Below, piece after piece: positions 26,369 through 34,209 of a stretch of 40,376 bases of DNA (its first letter is position 1; each line of letters starts with the position of its first letter). Where the stretch lies: the IMG/VR virus record IMGVR_UViG_3300022858_000918, positions 1 to 40,376 of that record; one strand, given 5' to 3'. The position numbers and the translations under genes were made by a program. The notes under the pieces were generated by a model. That model ran no database searches. It had not been told where the DNA came from and worked only from the letters and a program-made list of their open reading frames with translations. Source of the DNA: a virus (taxonomy: Duplodnaviria; Caudoviricetes).

Positions 26369-26587
26369 TTAACCCTTCATTAAAGAAATTCTCAAAACTG
26401 CAATAGCAAAAGTAAGACTAGAACAAGTTAAAGCTGTAAGTACCGTAATAACAACTGTTACAGCCCAAGAAGGTCTCTTTAATAAACCACTCTTGATTTC
26501 ATTTACTCCATCTTTAAGCTCACTCATATCTCTTTCTAATGCTACTATTCTTTGTTCATTTTTAGTTCCTTTAACACATCCTTCCAT
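26369..26587 (-). CDS. Coiled-coil plus transmembrane protein, holin-like candidate
   Basis: RIVALERDMSELK coiled coil followed by a hydrophobic helix. Confidence 0.5.
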   Translation of the reverse strand: MEGCVKGTKNEQRIVALERDMSELKDGVNEIKSGLLKRPSWAVTVVITVLTALTCSSLTFAIAVLRISLMKG

Positions 26588-26747
26588 ATTTCTCCTTTAC
26601 TTAATTTCCAATTCCCTCTCTGCCTTCTTCGCTTTGTATTCTGTTATGTCCAGCATTTCTTCTTCTGCCAACTCCTATAGTAATTGCATAACAAATTTCA
26701 AAAAAATTTGGTAATTCTAAATCTCCAAAATTATCAAATAATCAAAA

Positions 26748-27410
26748 TCACTGGCCTCCTCTAACGCAACGCACATAGCGGTTATAGGTCTTAGTGCTGC
26801 CGTACACGAGGCCATTGTTAAAGCCCACAATCAGCGCGTAATGGGTAAAGTAGGGATACGTAGTGGCCGACCAATAATAGCTGCTGAAAGTACTCGGAAA
26901 AGCATATTGATCAATATAAGGTGCATCAGCTGCTTTTACATCGGTAATAGCTGCCTTTTCAAGCAAACATATACTAAACAACTCATAAGCATTAGGCAAA
27001 CGCCAATCGGAATACCCGCCATAAGTTAAAGCATTAGAACGAGTTAGCGCGGTTTCCCAAGCCATAGCTGCTGAAATATTCTGATTACCACCGGCTCCGG
27101 TTTCTGAGCCGGTTACCAGGGTATGGTTTCTTATCCACATCAGCCCGGTATTTGAATCAGTTAAAATATTTTCAGCTTCAGTATCAATTGTGCCGTCATC
27201 TGAATAACTATACTTTTTTGCCGCTCCTTTTAAAAGGTCACCATCTTGCCCAGTAGCCGAACAGCTGATTATTGTTCCTGCCGCATTATAACAAGTTGTC
27301 TGCCCAGTCGCAGGTAAACCACGATTCGCATACAAGGAAGATAAGTTTGTAGCATAGGAATTAATTGTAATTCCTATTAAGAATAGTATTGATATAATTA
27401 GTTTTTTCAT
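26748..27410 (-). CDS. DUF1566/Lcl C-type-lectin-fold protein with signal peptide; DGR-type target
   Basis: LPATGQT.CY, D.NTGLMW, GGYSDWRLPN..EL, YWSATT, YVRCVRGG; N-terminal MKKLIISILFLIGITINSYA. Confidence 0.9.
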   Translation of the reverse strand: MKKLIISILFLIGITINSYATNLSSLYANRGLPATGQTTCYNAAGTIISCSATGQDGDLLKGAAKKYSYSDDGTIDTEAENILTDSNTGLMWIRNHTLVTGSETGAGGNQNISAAMAWETALTRSNALTYGGYSDWRLPNAYELFSICLLEKAAITDVKAADAPYIDQYAFPSTFSSYYWSATTYPYFTHYALIVGFNNGLVYGSTKTYNRYVRCVRGGQ

Positions 27411-27450
27411 TTTGTCTCCTTATTATATATTAATTGCTACGCAAGATTAT

Positions 27451-28335
27451 TCAAATCTCAGTAACTATCACCCAACCTCTCGTAGCATCAGAATAAACAA
27501 GAGTAAACCCTGCTCCGTCTACATCTATGACTAAGTCAGCAGCAACGCCTTCTATATTAGAACTATTCCTTCCAACAGTTATTGCATTGGTAGTAGCTGA
27601 GTTGGTATAATCACATACTGCAACGGTATCTCCTTCACTTGGAGTAGATGGTAAGGTTAAAGTAACAACACCACCGCTTGAGTCTATTAAGAAACCTTCT
27701 CCTGATGTGGCTGTGTCAGCACCTGAGATTACTTCCCAAGCAAGACCTCCACCACCGCCTGATGCAGCTTGAAAAGTTGGAGCAGTATCAACACCATTTG
27801 AAGTTAAAACGTGAGTTGCTGTACCTACTGCTACAAATGCTGGATTTCCAGAAGCATCAAATGTTGGTATTTCACCATCTGTTCCAGGTTTTAATCCTGT
27901 CCAAGGAAGAGCTGTTGCTGAAGTTATATTACCTTGAGCTACTTGAGTAGTAGCAGTATCTGGGGCAAGCCCTGTAATAGTAATTACTGTATCAGCCTCT
28001 ATAACATTACTTGCTGCCGCTAAGGTAGCACCTGTTACTACTCCACCTGTTATAGAGAGTGTTCCGTCTGTAAGAGTAGTAGCTTGAAGTTGTCCTGTCA
28101 TAGTATCACCTATTATGTTGACATATTTATCATCTAAGGTTGTGCCTGCACCTATCTCTTGTAAAGCACTCTCTACATTATCACCAGAGTAATAACTGCC
28201 AGAATCATCTATCCAAGTACTATCAGCATAAGGAGAACCTCCTCCATCTGCACTTCCCCCACCACCTACAGGTGCAAGAACCGATGGGATAAATAATAAA
28301 GATAGTACTAAGATTGCTAAAACTTTTTTATTCAT
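27451..28335 (-). CDS. Tail-fibre-like protein with T4 gp9/10-like C-terminal domain and N-terminal signal peptide
   Basis: NVESALQEI, YVN..GDTMTG.L, VLTSNG...APTFQ, TLTLP.TP..GD.V...LVY.DATRGW. Confidence 0.7.
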   Translation of the reverse strand: MNKKVLAILVLSLLFIPSVLAPVGGGGSADGGGSPYADSTWIDDSGSYYSGDNVESALQEIGAGTTLDDKYVNIIGDTMTGQLQATTLTDGTLSITGGVVTGATLAAASNVIEADTVITITGLAPDTATTQVAQGNITSATALPWTGLKPGTDGEIPTFDASGNPAFVAVGTATHVLTSNGVDTAPTFQAASGGGGGLAWEVISGADTATSGEGFLIDSSGGVVTLTLPSTPSEGDTVAVCDYTNSATTNAITVGRNSSNIEGVAADLVIDVDGAGFTLVYSDATRGWVIVTEI

Positions 28336-28633
28336 ATTCTATCACCCTTACTTCCGTAGTTAAAGCAGAACCACAACATAGATATATGTTCCAGCCAGAT
28401 GTAACATTGTTCCAGGTTTTATATGTTCTTCTATAGATGGGAAACCCATTAGCTGTGGTTACTCCACTTCCTCCAAAGAAAGCATTTTGGTTTCCTACAT
28501 TAATCATCTCTACAGAACGTTTGCCTGCACTTACAACATATTGAGCAAAGGCAGAGGTTACTGTTATAGGGGTAGCGTGTGAACCTGCTCCTACTTTATA
28601 TCCATCTCCTACTTGTGCATATCCTAAAGGCAT
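28328..28633 (-). CDS. Small beta-rich virion protein
   Basis: TAATG start at 28633; N.G.....FGG..VTTANGFP motif. Confidence 0.65.
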   Translation of the reverse strand: MPLGYAQVGDGYKVGAGSHATPITVTSAFAQYVVSAGKRSVEMINVGNQNAFFGGSGVTTANGFPIYRRTYKTWNNVTSGWNIYLCCGSALTTEVRVIEYE

Positions 28634-29157
28634 TATAAATCCCCCCAATAGTTTGAACGTGGTGTCATTGAACCAGTAGCTCCACCTGCTAACGTTTCAT
28701 AAGTTACTCGGATTTCTATTTTACACATATATACAGTTTTAAAAGACCCTGTAGTAACCTGAACATCTAAATCTAAATTATCAACATCATCCCAATCCCA
28801 AGTTCCAGGTGCATTAGTATTTGAAGTTATATCTATATAATCTCCCCAAGCCTGCACAGCAGGTGGTTGCATTATTTGGGTATTATCATCACCATCACTT
28901 ATTCCACCAAATACAGGTCTATATGTACAAGATATACCAATCTGAGAACCCCAATTCAATGATCTTATTTCTACTTTTGATATTGTTCCTAAATTAGTTC
29001 CTGCACAAGTATTCCCAGTACAAAGTTGAACTATATCTGTGTCCCACCAAGTGCTTGCATAAGTATCTTCACTCCCATCAACCATATTTGCTGGATTAGT
29101 ATCCCACACTTCTCCCCCAGAATCATAAGCATTAAAAGAATAAGTTACTTCACTCAT
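28633..29157 (-). CDS. Tail-associated acidic beta-sandwich protein
   Basis: W..NPANMVDG...TYA, ISKVEIR, IEIRVTY. Confidence 0.6.
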   Translation of the reverse strand: MSEVTYSFNAYDSGGEVWDTNPANMVDGSEDTYASTWWDTDIVQLCTGNTCAGTNLGTISKVEIRSLNWGSQIGISCTYRPVFGGISDGDDNTQIMQPPAVQAWGDYIDITSNTNAPGTWDWDDVDNLDLDVQVTTGSFKTVYMCKIEIRVTYETLAGGATGSMTPRSNYWGDL

Positions 29158-29504
29158 TATGTTACCGTATATCCTATTACACTAACTGCACAATCACCAC
29201 TTGAACTAAGAATAACTCTTAATGATTCTGCTGAGTTACACACATAAGGATTAACCATACTAAATACAAAACCACCCTTTGTTGCAAGATAGGCTTTAGC
29301 AAATACAGTTGTCTCGCTTGCAAGGGATACATCCTTTGGTCCATCCACAGATATAACAGCATCAGTAACATATAAAGTATGTGCTCCAGATGCCTGAACA
29401 ATAACCCCCCCTGCAGCACTAGTAGTAGCAACTACATATGCTTGAAATCTTGAATCATGAGAAATTACAAATTGTTCTGAACCTCCACCAACACCTATAG
29501 GCAT
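29157..29504 (-). CDS. Small beta-rich virion protein
   Basis: AAGGAGG SD; Ser/Thr/Val/Ala-rich. Confidence 0.65.
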   Translation of the reverse strand: MPIGVGGGSEQFVISHDSRFQAYVVATTSAAGGVIVQASGAHTLYVTDAVISVDGPKDVSLASETTVFAKAYLATKGGFVFSMVNPYVCNSAESLRVILSSSGDCAVSVIGYTVT

Positions 29505-29515
29505 TATGTACCTCC

Positions 29516-30106
29516 TTAATCTATCAACCCTTCTTTTTCTCTTTTAACAGGAACCCATTCTATCCTTTCAACCTTAGTAGTAAAGAAGTCAAGTTTTGGA
29601 ACTCTTACAACTTGTTCTATTAACTTGTACTCTTTTAGGCTATCTAAATGAGCTTTTAACTTAGGCAACTCTGCGTTGAGTTTCTTTATCTCTTCAATGA
29701 AATTTTTAAATTCATCTATATTCTTAACACTATGTACCTCATATATTTTCTCATGTATAACTGGTTTCTCATAGGGTACTTCCTTAATAACAGGTCTTTC
29801 ATAAACGTGGTCATGAAGAACTGGTTTTTCACACTGTACATCTACAGGATTATATCTAATAGTATTTTCATCCTGAACATTATACTTAGTAGTAAGTTCC
29901 TCTTTCGTATTATACTTAATGGTCTCTTTCTCTGTTATAACAGGCTTTTCATAATGAACTTCCTTAGGAACATATTCAAGCTTTGGAACTGGTACTGTGT
30001 ATGTCCGTTCTTGCACTACAATGTCTTCTATTACTATTTGATGTTTAGCCTTAGTAATAGTTGATTTCGGTTTTGTTTCACTAGGTCCACTTATTCCATG
30101 TGCCAT
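29516..30106 (-). CDS. Protein with E(K/R)PV repeats and a short coiled coil
   Basis: YEKPV, CEKPV, YERPV, YEKPV; VPVPKL/VRVPKL; AGGAGG SD. Confidence 0.7.
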   Translation of the reverse strand: MAHGISGPSETKPKSTITKAKHQIVIEDIVVQERTYTVPVPKLEYVPKEVHYEKPVITEKETIKYNTKEELTTKYNVQDENTIRYNPVDVQCEKPVLHDHVYERPVIKEVPYEKPVIHEKIYEVHSVKNIDEFKNFIEEIKKLNAELPKLKAHLDSLKEYKLIEQVVRVPKLDFFTTKVERIEWVPVKREKEGLID

Positions 30107-30118
30107 AATTCAGCCTCC

Positions 30119-30511
30119 TTAAGCTGTCTTTTTTAATCCTACAAACTCTGCGATTAGATATATATTCATTGCAACACTTGCAGCATTTGTATATGTAAAT
30201 TTTACACTTTCTCCATTATTTACTAGCTCTGCTGCAGGAAAATCAAACATTATACTTGCATTTTTTCCTACATTGTTGATGTCCTCAGCAAGGATAGCTA
30301 GAACAGTTCCCGTACCTGAGGCATCATTATAATGAACGACTTTTATCGTATCCCCAGAACCATATTCATCTGGAGTTACAGATAAAGCATTCATAGCTGC
30401 TCCACTTGTATTGACTATAACAGAACTGTAATCAGCAGCTGCAGAACTTACTACACATTTATATCCCTTGTAATACCCCCCACCTACTTTTATTCTTTTA
30501 GTTAATGCCAT
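30119..30511 (-). CDS. Small beta-rich virion protein
   Basis: AAGGAGG SD; structural operon position. Confidence 0.65.
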   Translation of the reverse strand: MALTKRIKVGGGYYKGYKCVVSSAAADYSSVIVNTSGAAMNALSVTPDEYGSGDTIKVVHYNDASGTGTVLAILAEDINNVGKNASIMFDFPAAELVNNGESVKFTYTNAASVAMNIYLIAEFVGLKKTA

Positions 30512-30525
30512 CAATTCCTCCTTTT

Positions 30526-30550
30526 CATAAGTTCAAATTTTGAACTTACG
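30526..30550. promoter_or_regulatory. 25-bp palindrome copy 5 (CATAAGTTCAA-ATT-TTGAACTTACG)
   Basis: Read directly; fills most of the intergenic gap before AAGGAGG. Confidence 0.7.
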
Positions 30551-30556
30551 TATGCT

Positions 30557-30826
30557 TTATTTCCCATAGAAAATTAAGTAATTTCCACCACCAGAATCCG
30601 TAACACTAAGTCCACCAGTACAAACTACAGGTACAGGTGATTGAATTACTATGAAACCACCAGCATCAGTACTTCCTAAAAATACACGTCTAGCACTATC
30701 TGCTATTGTTATTGTGCAGGCAGCACTTGCAAATGCGTGCATGCCCATAAATGAACAAGCTGTAGTTGATAATACTACACTTGCTGAAGTAGTATAATGA
30801 CATATTGCATGTTCTCCTTTTACCAT
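30557..30826 (-). CDS. Small beta-rich virion protein
   Basis: AGGAGG SD; resembles 21648..21974. Confidence 0.65.
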   Translation of the reverse strand: MVKGEHAICHYTTSASVVLSTTACSFMGMHAFASAACTITIADSARRVFLGSTDAGGFIVIQSPVPVVCTGGLSVTDSGGGNYLIFYGK

Positions 30827-30837
30827 TTTAAGCCTCC

Positions 30838-31584
30838 TTATTCTGTATATCCATATAATGGATCACTTACTCCACCATAGGGGTCGATCCAAGGTTCCCC
30901 AGATGTATATTCCTCGTCTCCTTGTGGGTCAGCTTGGGGTTCCCAATCTATATCACCAGTTGACCGTACTGCATCTCTCAATTGACCTAGAAATTTAGCA
31001 TACCATATCTTAGCGTCAGAATATTCTTCTAATGCAAAGTATGTTTCAAATATCCCTGTGGTTATAATTAACTGGTCTTTATTAAGAAGGTCTGAGGATT
31101 GAGTACCACTGCTAAAGTCGGTAGCCCATTGAGGATATCTTATATATAGGGTATAAGCAGCATCAGGAATTTTAAAGAATTCTATATTGTCACCATCTCG
31201 CATATAGATAGATGGTCTTCCACCTGAATATTGTGCAGGATAGGGATACTTAGTATCAAACTTACGAGTACTCCATCTAGTAATTTTCCTAGAATATGCT
31301 CCATCGATTAGTCTAATGGAACTTATATCTTTAGGACGGGTAAGTCCGAAGTTAGATGTGCCTGCACTAAAGGGATATCTCTTAATGCCTGATACAGTTT
31401 TAGGAGTTTCAGTTAACACATTAAGCTCATGGAAACTATAAAAACGAGCAATCCGTTTCTGAGCCCAATTAAGATAGTTCCTAACTCTAGTTTCAAGAGA
31501 TGCACCAGAAATAGAACTAGCACTTACTCTTTTACCAACTGTATCACATATCTCTGTTACAAATTCATCACGTGTTAATGCCAT
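30838..31584 (-). CDS. Head-tail adaptor (tail tubular protein A-like)
   Basis: YLNWAQ.RI, G.K.Y, GRP..Y, F..IPDAAYTL.IRY pattern. Confidence 0.72.
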   Translation of the reverse strand: MALTRDEFVTEICDTVGKRVSASSISGASLETRVRNYLNWAQKRIARFYSFHELNVLTETPKTVSGIKRYPFSAGTSNFGLTRPKDISSIRLIDGAYSRKITRWSTRKFDTKYPYPAQYSGGRPSIYMRDGDNIEFFKIPDAAYTLYIRYPQWATDFSSGTQSSDLLNKDQLIITTGIFETYFALEEYSDAKIWYAKFLGQLRDAVRSTGDIDWEPQADPQGDEEYTSGEPWIDPYGGVSDPLYGYTE

Positions 31585-31587
31585 AAC

Positions 31588-32082
31588 TTACTCCTCCAAA
31601 CTATCTAAGTTAGTTTGTACTCTCTTCCACCTATCATACACCCCACCTAATTTTCTTTCCTTGAAAACTTTACCTAATCTTTCAAGTTCTATTTTTAAAG
31701 CTTCCTTGTTATTAGTTCTTAATGCATCCCCAAAGTGGTCATCAAAACCATCAGGACTAAATTGATATCTCACAGTAAGCATTGCATCTCTAATTCCTTG
31801 AGAACTTTCTGGGTATTCCTTACTCATTGCTGTGCGTCTTAAATTTACATCATACTTTAACAAGGTACGTCTTTCTTTCTCAGTAAGATTTTCCTTGTCT
31901 TTAAATCCAAGTTGAGCTGCTAAAATAGAATATTTTGCCTCACCTTCTATAAGATGACCATAGCCTATAGCTTCTTTATTTACACCAGGATCAATATATC
32001 TCTTAGGTCTAGAACCCTCTGAACTTCTTAGTTCATTTGTATAAGGATATTCTCCTAAGGCTTGAGTATAATTATTTGCCAT
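31588..32082 (-). CDS. GH24/T4-lysozyme-like protein
   Basis: LRSSEG.R..RYID......AIGYGHLI; start MANNY at 32082 has a GGAG SD. Confidence 0.7.
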   Translation of the reverse strand: MANNYTQALGEYPYTNELRSSEGSRPKRYIDPGVNKEAIGYGHLIEGEAKYSILAAQLGFKDKENLTEKERRTLLKYDVNLRRTAMSKEYPESSQGIRDAMLTVRYQFSPDGFDDHFGDALRTNNKEALKIELERLGKVFKERKLGGVYDRWKRVQTNLDSLEE

Positions 32083-32102
32083 AGCAATTACTCCAATATA
32101 TA

Positions 32103-32136
32103 GGGAGAACAGTACTATTAATGAAACTGCTCTCCC
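32103..32136 (-). terminator. Intergenic hairpin (weak terminator or processing site)
   Basis: GGGAGAGCAGT/ACTGTTCTCCC 11-bp stem on -; only a weak U tract follows. Confidence 0.4.
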
Positions 32137-32149
32137 ATAGTTTAAACCC

Positions 32150-32365
32150 TTACGCATTAATTTGAACCCAAGTACCAGCAGCTGCAGTAGCTGTACATAA
32201 AAACCAATCACCTGCAGAACTATCTAATACCATTTGACCCAACACATAATTAACTGAACCTAATCCTGTTCCTGTAGAGGTTACAGAAAGAGTAGAAAGT
32301 GGGTTATTCCTACCTCTAAAAACCTTGTCTTTTAAATTCTTTCTTAAATTTCCTGGTGTTGCCAT
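32150..32365 (-). CDS. Small virion protein with fibre-type motif
   Basis: GQMVLDSSAGDWFLCT....GTWVQI; GGAGG SD. Confidence 0.65.
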   Translation of the reverse strand: MATPGNLRKNLKDKVFRGRNNPLSTLSVTSTGTGLGSVNYVLGQMVLDSSAGDWFLCTATAAAGTWVQINA

Positions 32366-32377
32366 TTTAATCCCCTC

Positions 32378-33259
32378 CTACTTTTTAACCATAGTACCAA
32401 GTTTCTTTCTCTTAGTACGTTCCATAAACCTTATCTTTTTAATTTCTTTACCTTTAGCTCTATTCTCTGCCTCTTGCAATTTTATTGCCATTAGTGCTTC
32501 ATGTCTTCTCATTTCCTCAGGAGTTAAATTGATTATATTATCGGTGTTCTGTTGAGCCTTTATTAAGCCCATCTGTACCCAAAGTGGTTGATTCTGTTTA
32601 GTAATACCCCTATGGTTTAACCATACATCAAAGTGAGCAAAATATTCTCTTTTCTTAAAGAGCATTCTATCAGCAAACCAACTGTCTGTGGGTGCTTGAT
32701 TGTCTGCACTAAACCAAGGTTTCTTCATACCTTTAAAGACGGATGTTTTAATTAAAGTAAATCCAAATGGAACAAGATCGACCTTCTGAAGTCCCTTTCT
32801 TTGCTCAGGTGGTACTTCATATAATCTTGCTGGACCTTTAAGAATAGGTTGGTCTGCAACCTTGGTCTTAGTGTCATATCTTCTAAATGCACACATAGCA
32901 TAAGGGAAACCTGATGTATGCATAACACCTGCAACTACATCCTTATCCGCATCTAACAAGGTTAAAAAGTCTTTTACAGTTACATCATAGATATCATCAT
33001 CCATCAATAATAAGTGAGTACATCCACTATCTACTGCCATCTGTGCTAAAGTTTCCTCTGCCTTATGCACTGGTACACGATACATAAAATGATACCCAAT
33101 ATGGAACTTTCTACCCTTGTGTTGATATGTCATAAGGTCAGTCCAGAAATTTAAAAAACTCTGGGCAAACTCATGTGTCCACGCAAGTATTGGTACGCCT
33201 ATTAAAATCTTAGGCATTATTACTTCTTCTTTAACCTTAGTTTTCTGTGCTTTCGCCAT
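32378..33259 (-). CDS. GT-A fold (GT2-like) glycosyltransferase
   Basis: ILIGVP, THLLLMDDD (DxD), DVVAG, FGFTLIK..VF...KPWF, H near C-terminus; ATG 33259 has a GGAG SD. Confidence 0.8.
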   Translation of the reverse strand: MAKAQKTKVKEEVIMPKILIGVPILAWTHEFAQSFLNFWTDLMTYQHKGRKFHIGYHFMYRVPVHKAEETLAQMAVDSGCTHLLLMDDDIYDVTVKDFLTLLDADKDVVAGVMHTSGFPYAMCAFRRYDTKTKVADQPILKGPARLYEVPPEQRKGLQKVDLVPFGFTLIKTSVFKGMKKPWFSADNQAPTDSWFADRMLFKKREYFAHFDVWLNHRGITKQNQPLWVQMGLIKAQQNTDNIINLTPEEMRRHEALMAIKLQEAENRAKGKEIKKIRFMERTKRKKLGTMVKK

Positions 33260-33299
33260 TTTTACTTCTCCTTTTTTCCCCAATTTTAATGGGGTTCAA

Positions 33300-33323
33300 G
33301 GGAGCAGGGATTAACCTGCCCCC
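33300..33323 (-). terminator. GC-rich intergenic hairpin after the decoration gene
   Basis: GGGGGCAGG-TTAATC-CCTGCTCCC on -; no clear U tract. Confidence 0.35.
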
Positions 33324-33354
33324 AAGTTATTTTTAATATAATAGAAACTTCTAC

Positions 33355-34152
33355 TTACGGTGCTAATGCAATAAAGGCAATTCCGCCTCTAGATGCTACA
33401 CTTCCAGTTGTTAACATGACTCCAGCATACCTATAGGTATCTAGGATAATGGTAGCTTGTCCAGCAACAAAACTGAACGCAGCACCAATTGCCATAGCCG
33501 AAGCTACATTAACGTAGGCTGGTCCCCATGTTTGTCCCCAGAAGTAATCGCCTTTTGTAGCATTAACAGGAGATATAGCTACGGGTAACTGTCCAGTGGC
33601 TGTTGCTACACCTACCTGATAGTACAGGTTCTGGTATAGTACAGCAAAATCAGTTGATTGTACTGCTGCTACCAATGGGTCATACAGGATAAATTCTCCT
33701 GTAGTTGAAGCTGCCATTGCAGGATGAGATTTAATTCGGTACAAATACCCACCTGCGTTCGTTCCACCAGTATGAGCTGTTCCATGGTCTACTGCAATAT
33801 AGCCCTCTGCAAACTCGTTTTTAGCACAAGTACCTGCTGCGTTATTGTCAAGCGTAATTCTCTTACCGCCAGCAGCACCTGTACCACCCGTAACTGTAAT
33901 CATAGTGCCTGCTCCAGTAGATGCAGAACCTACTATAGTTACAGCTTGACGAGCTTTAATAGCATCATTAGATTTCATATATCTAAAGACTCTATCACCA
34001 ACTACTCTTCTTGAGCCCAACTGGGCTAATTGTACTGTGGAAGACTTATATACAGACTGTCCACCCTGCGGGAGTACACTTTGATCCCCTCTCCAGTTTA
34101 CTTTTCCACTCTCATCTACTTCACCTTGTTGTCTTGTCGTAATATCTGCCAT
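33355..34152 (-). CDS. Capsid decoration/cement-like protein
   Basis: Directly after major capsid; LG.R...GDRVFRY and YFWGQTWGPA motifs. Confidence 0.65.
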   Translation of the reverse strand: MADITTRQQGEVDESGKVNWRGDQSVLPQGGQSVYKSSTVQLAQLGSRRVVGDRVFRYMKSNDAIKARQAVTIVGSASTGAGTMITVTGGTGAAGGKRITLDNNAAGTCAKNEFAEGYIAVDHGTAHTGGTNAGGYLYRIKSHPAMAASTTGEFILYDPLVAAVQSTDFAVLYQNLYYQVGVATATGQLPVAISPVNATKGDYFWGQTWGPAYVNVASAMAIGAAFSFVAGQATIILDTYRYAGVMLTTGSVASRGGIAFIALAP

Positions 34153-34209
34153 TCTTCTACCTCCTTAGGTTTTTTGCTACCTCTACTCTTATTGGCTTAA
34201 GAGCGAAAG

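Noticed and set aside
29968-29992. Possible seventh palindrome copy (TTCAA-GCT-TTGGA)
   Set aside because: Core mismatch, GC-containing spacer and non-matching flanks
32083-32211. Apparent SAR/transmembrane N-terminus on the lysozyme-like ORF
   Set aside because: It overlaps the upstream gene and an intergenic hairpin; the ATG at 32082 has the proper SD. Not fully excluded
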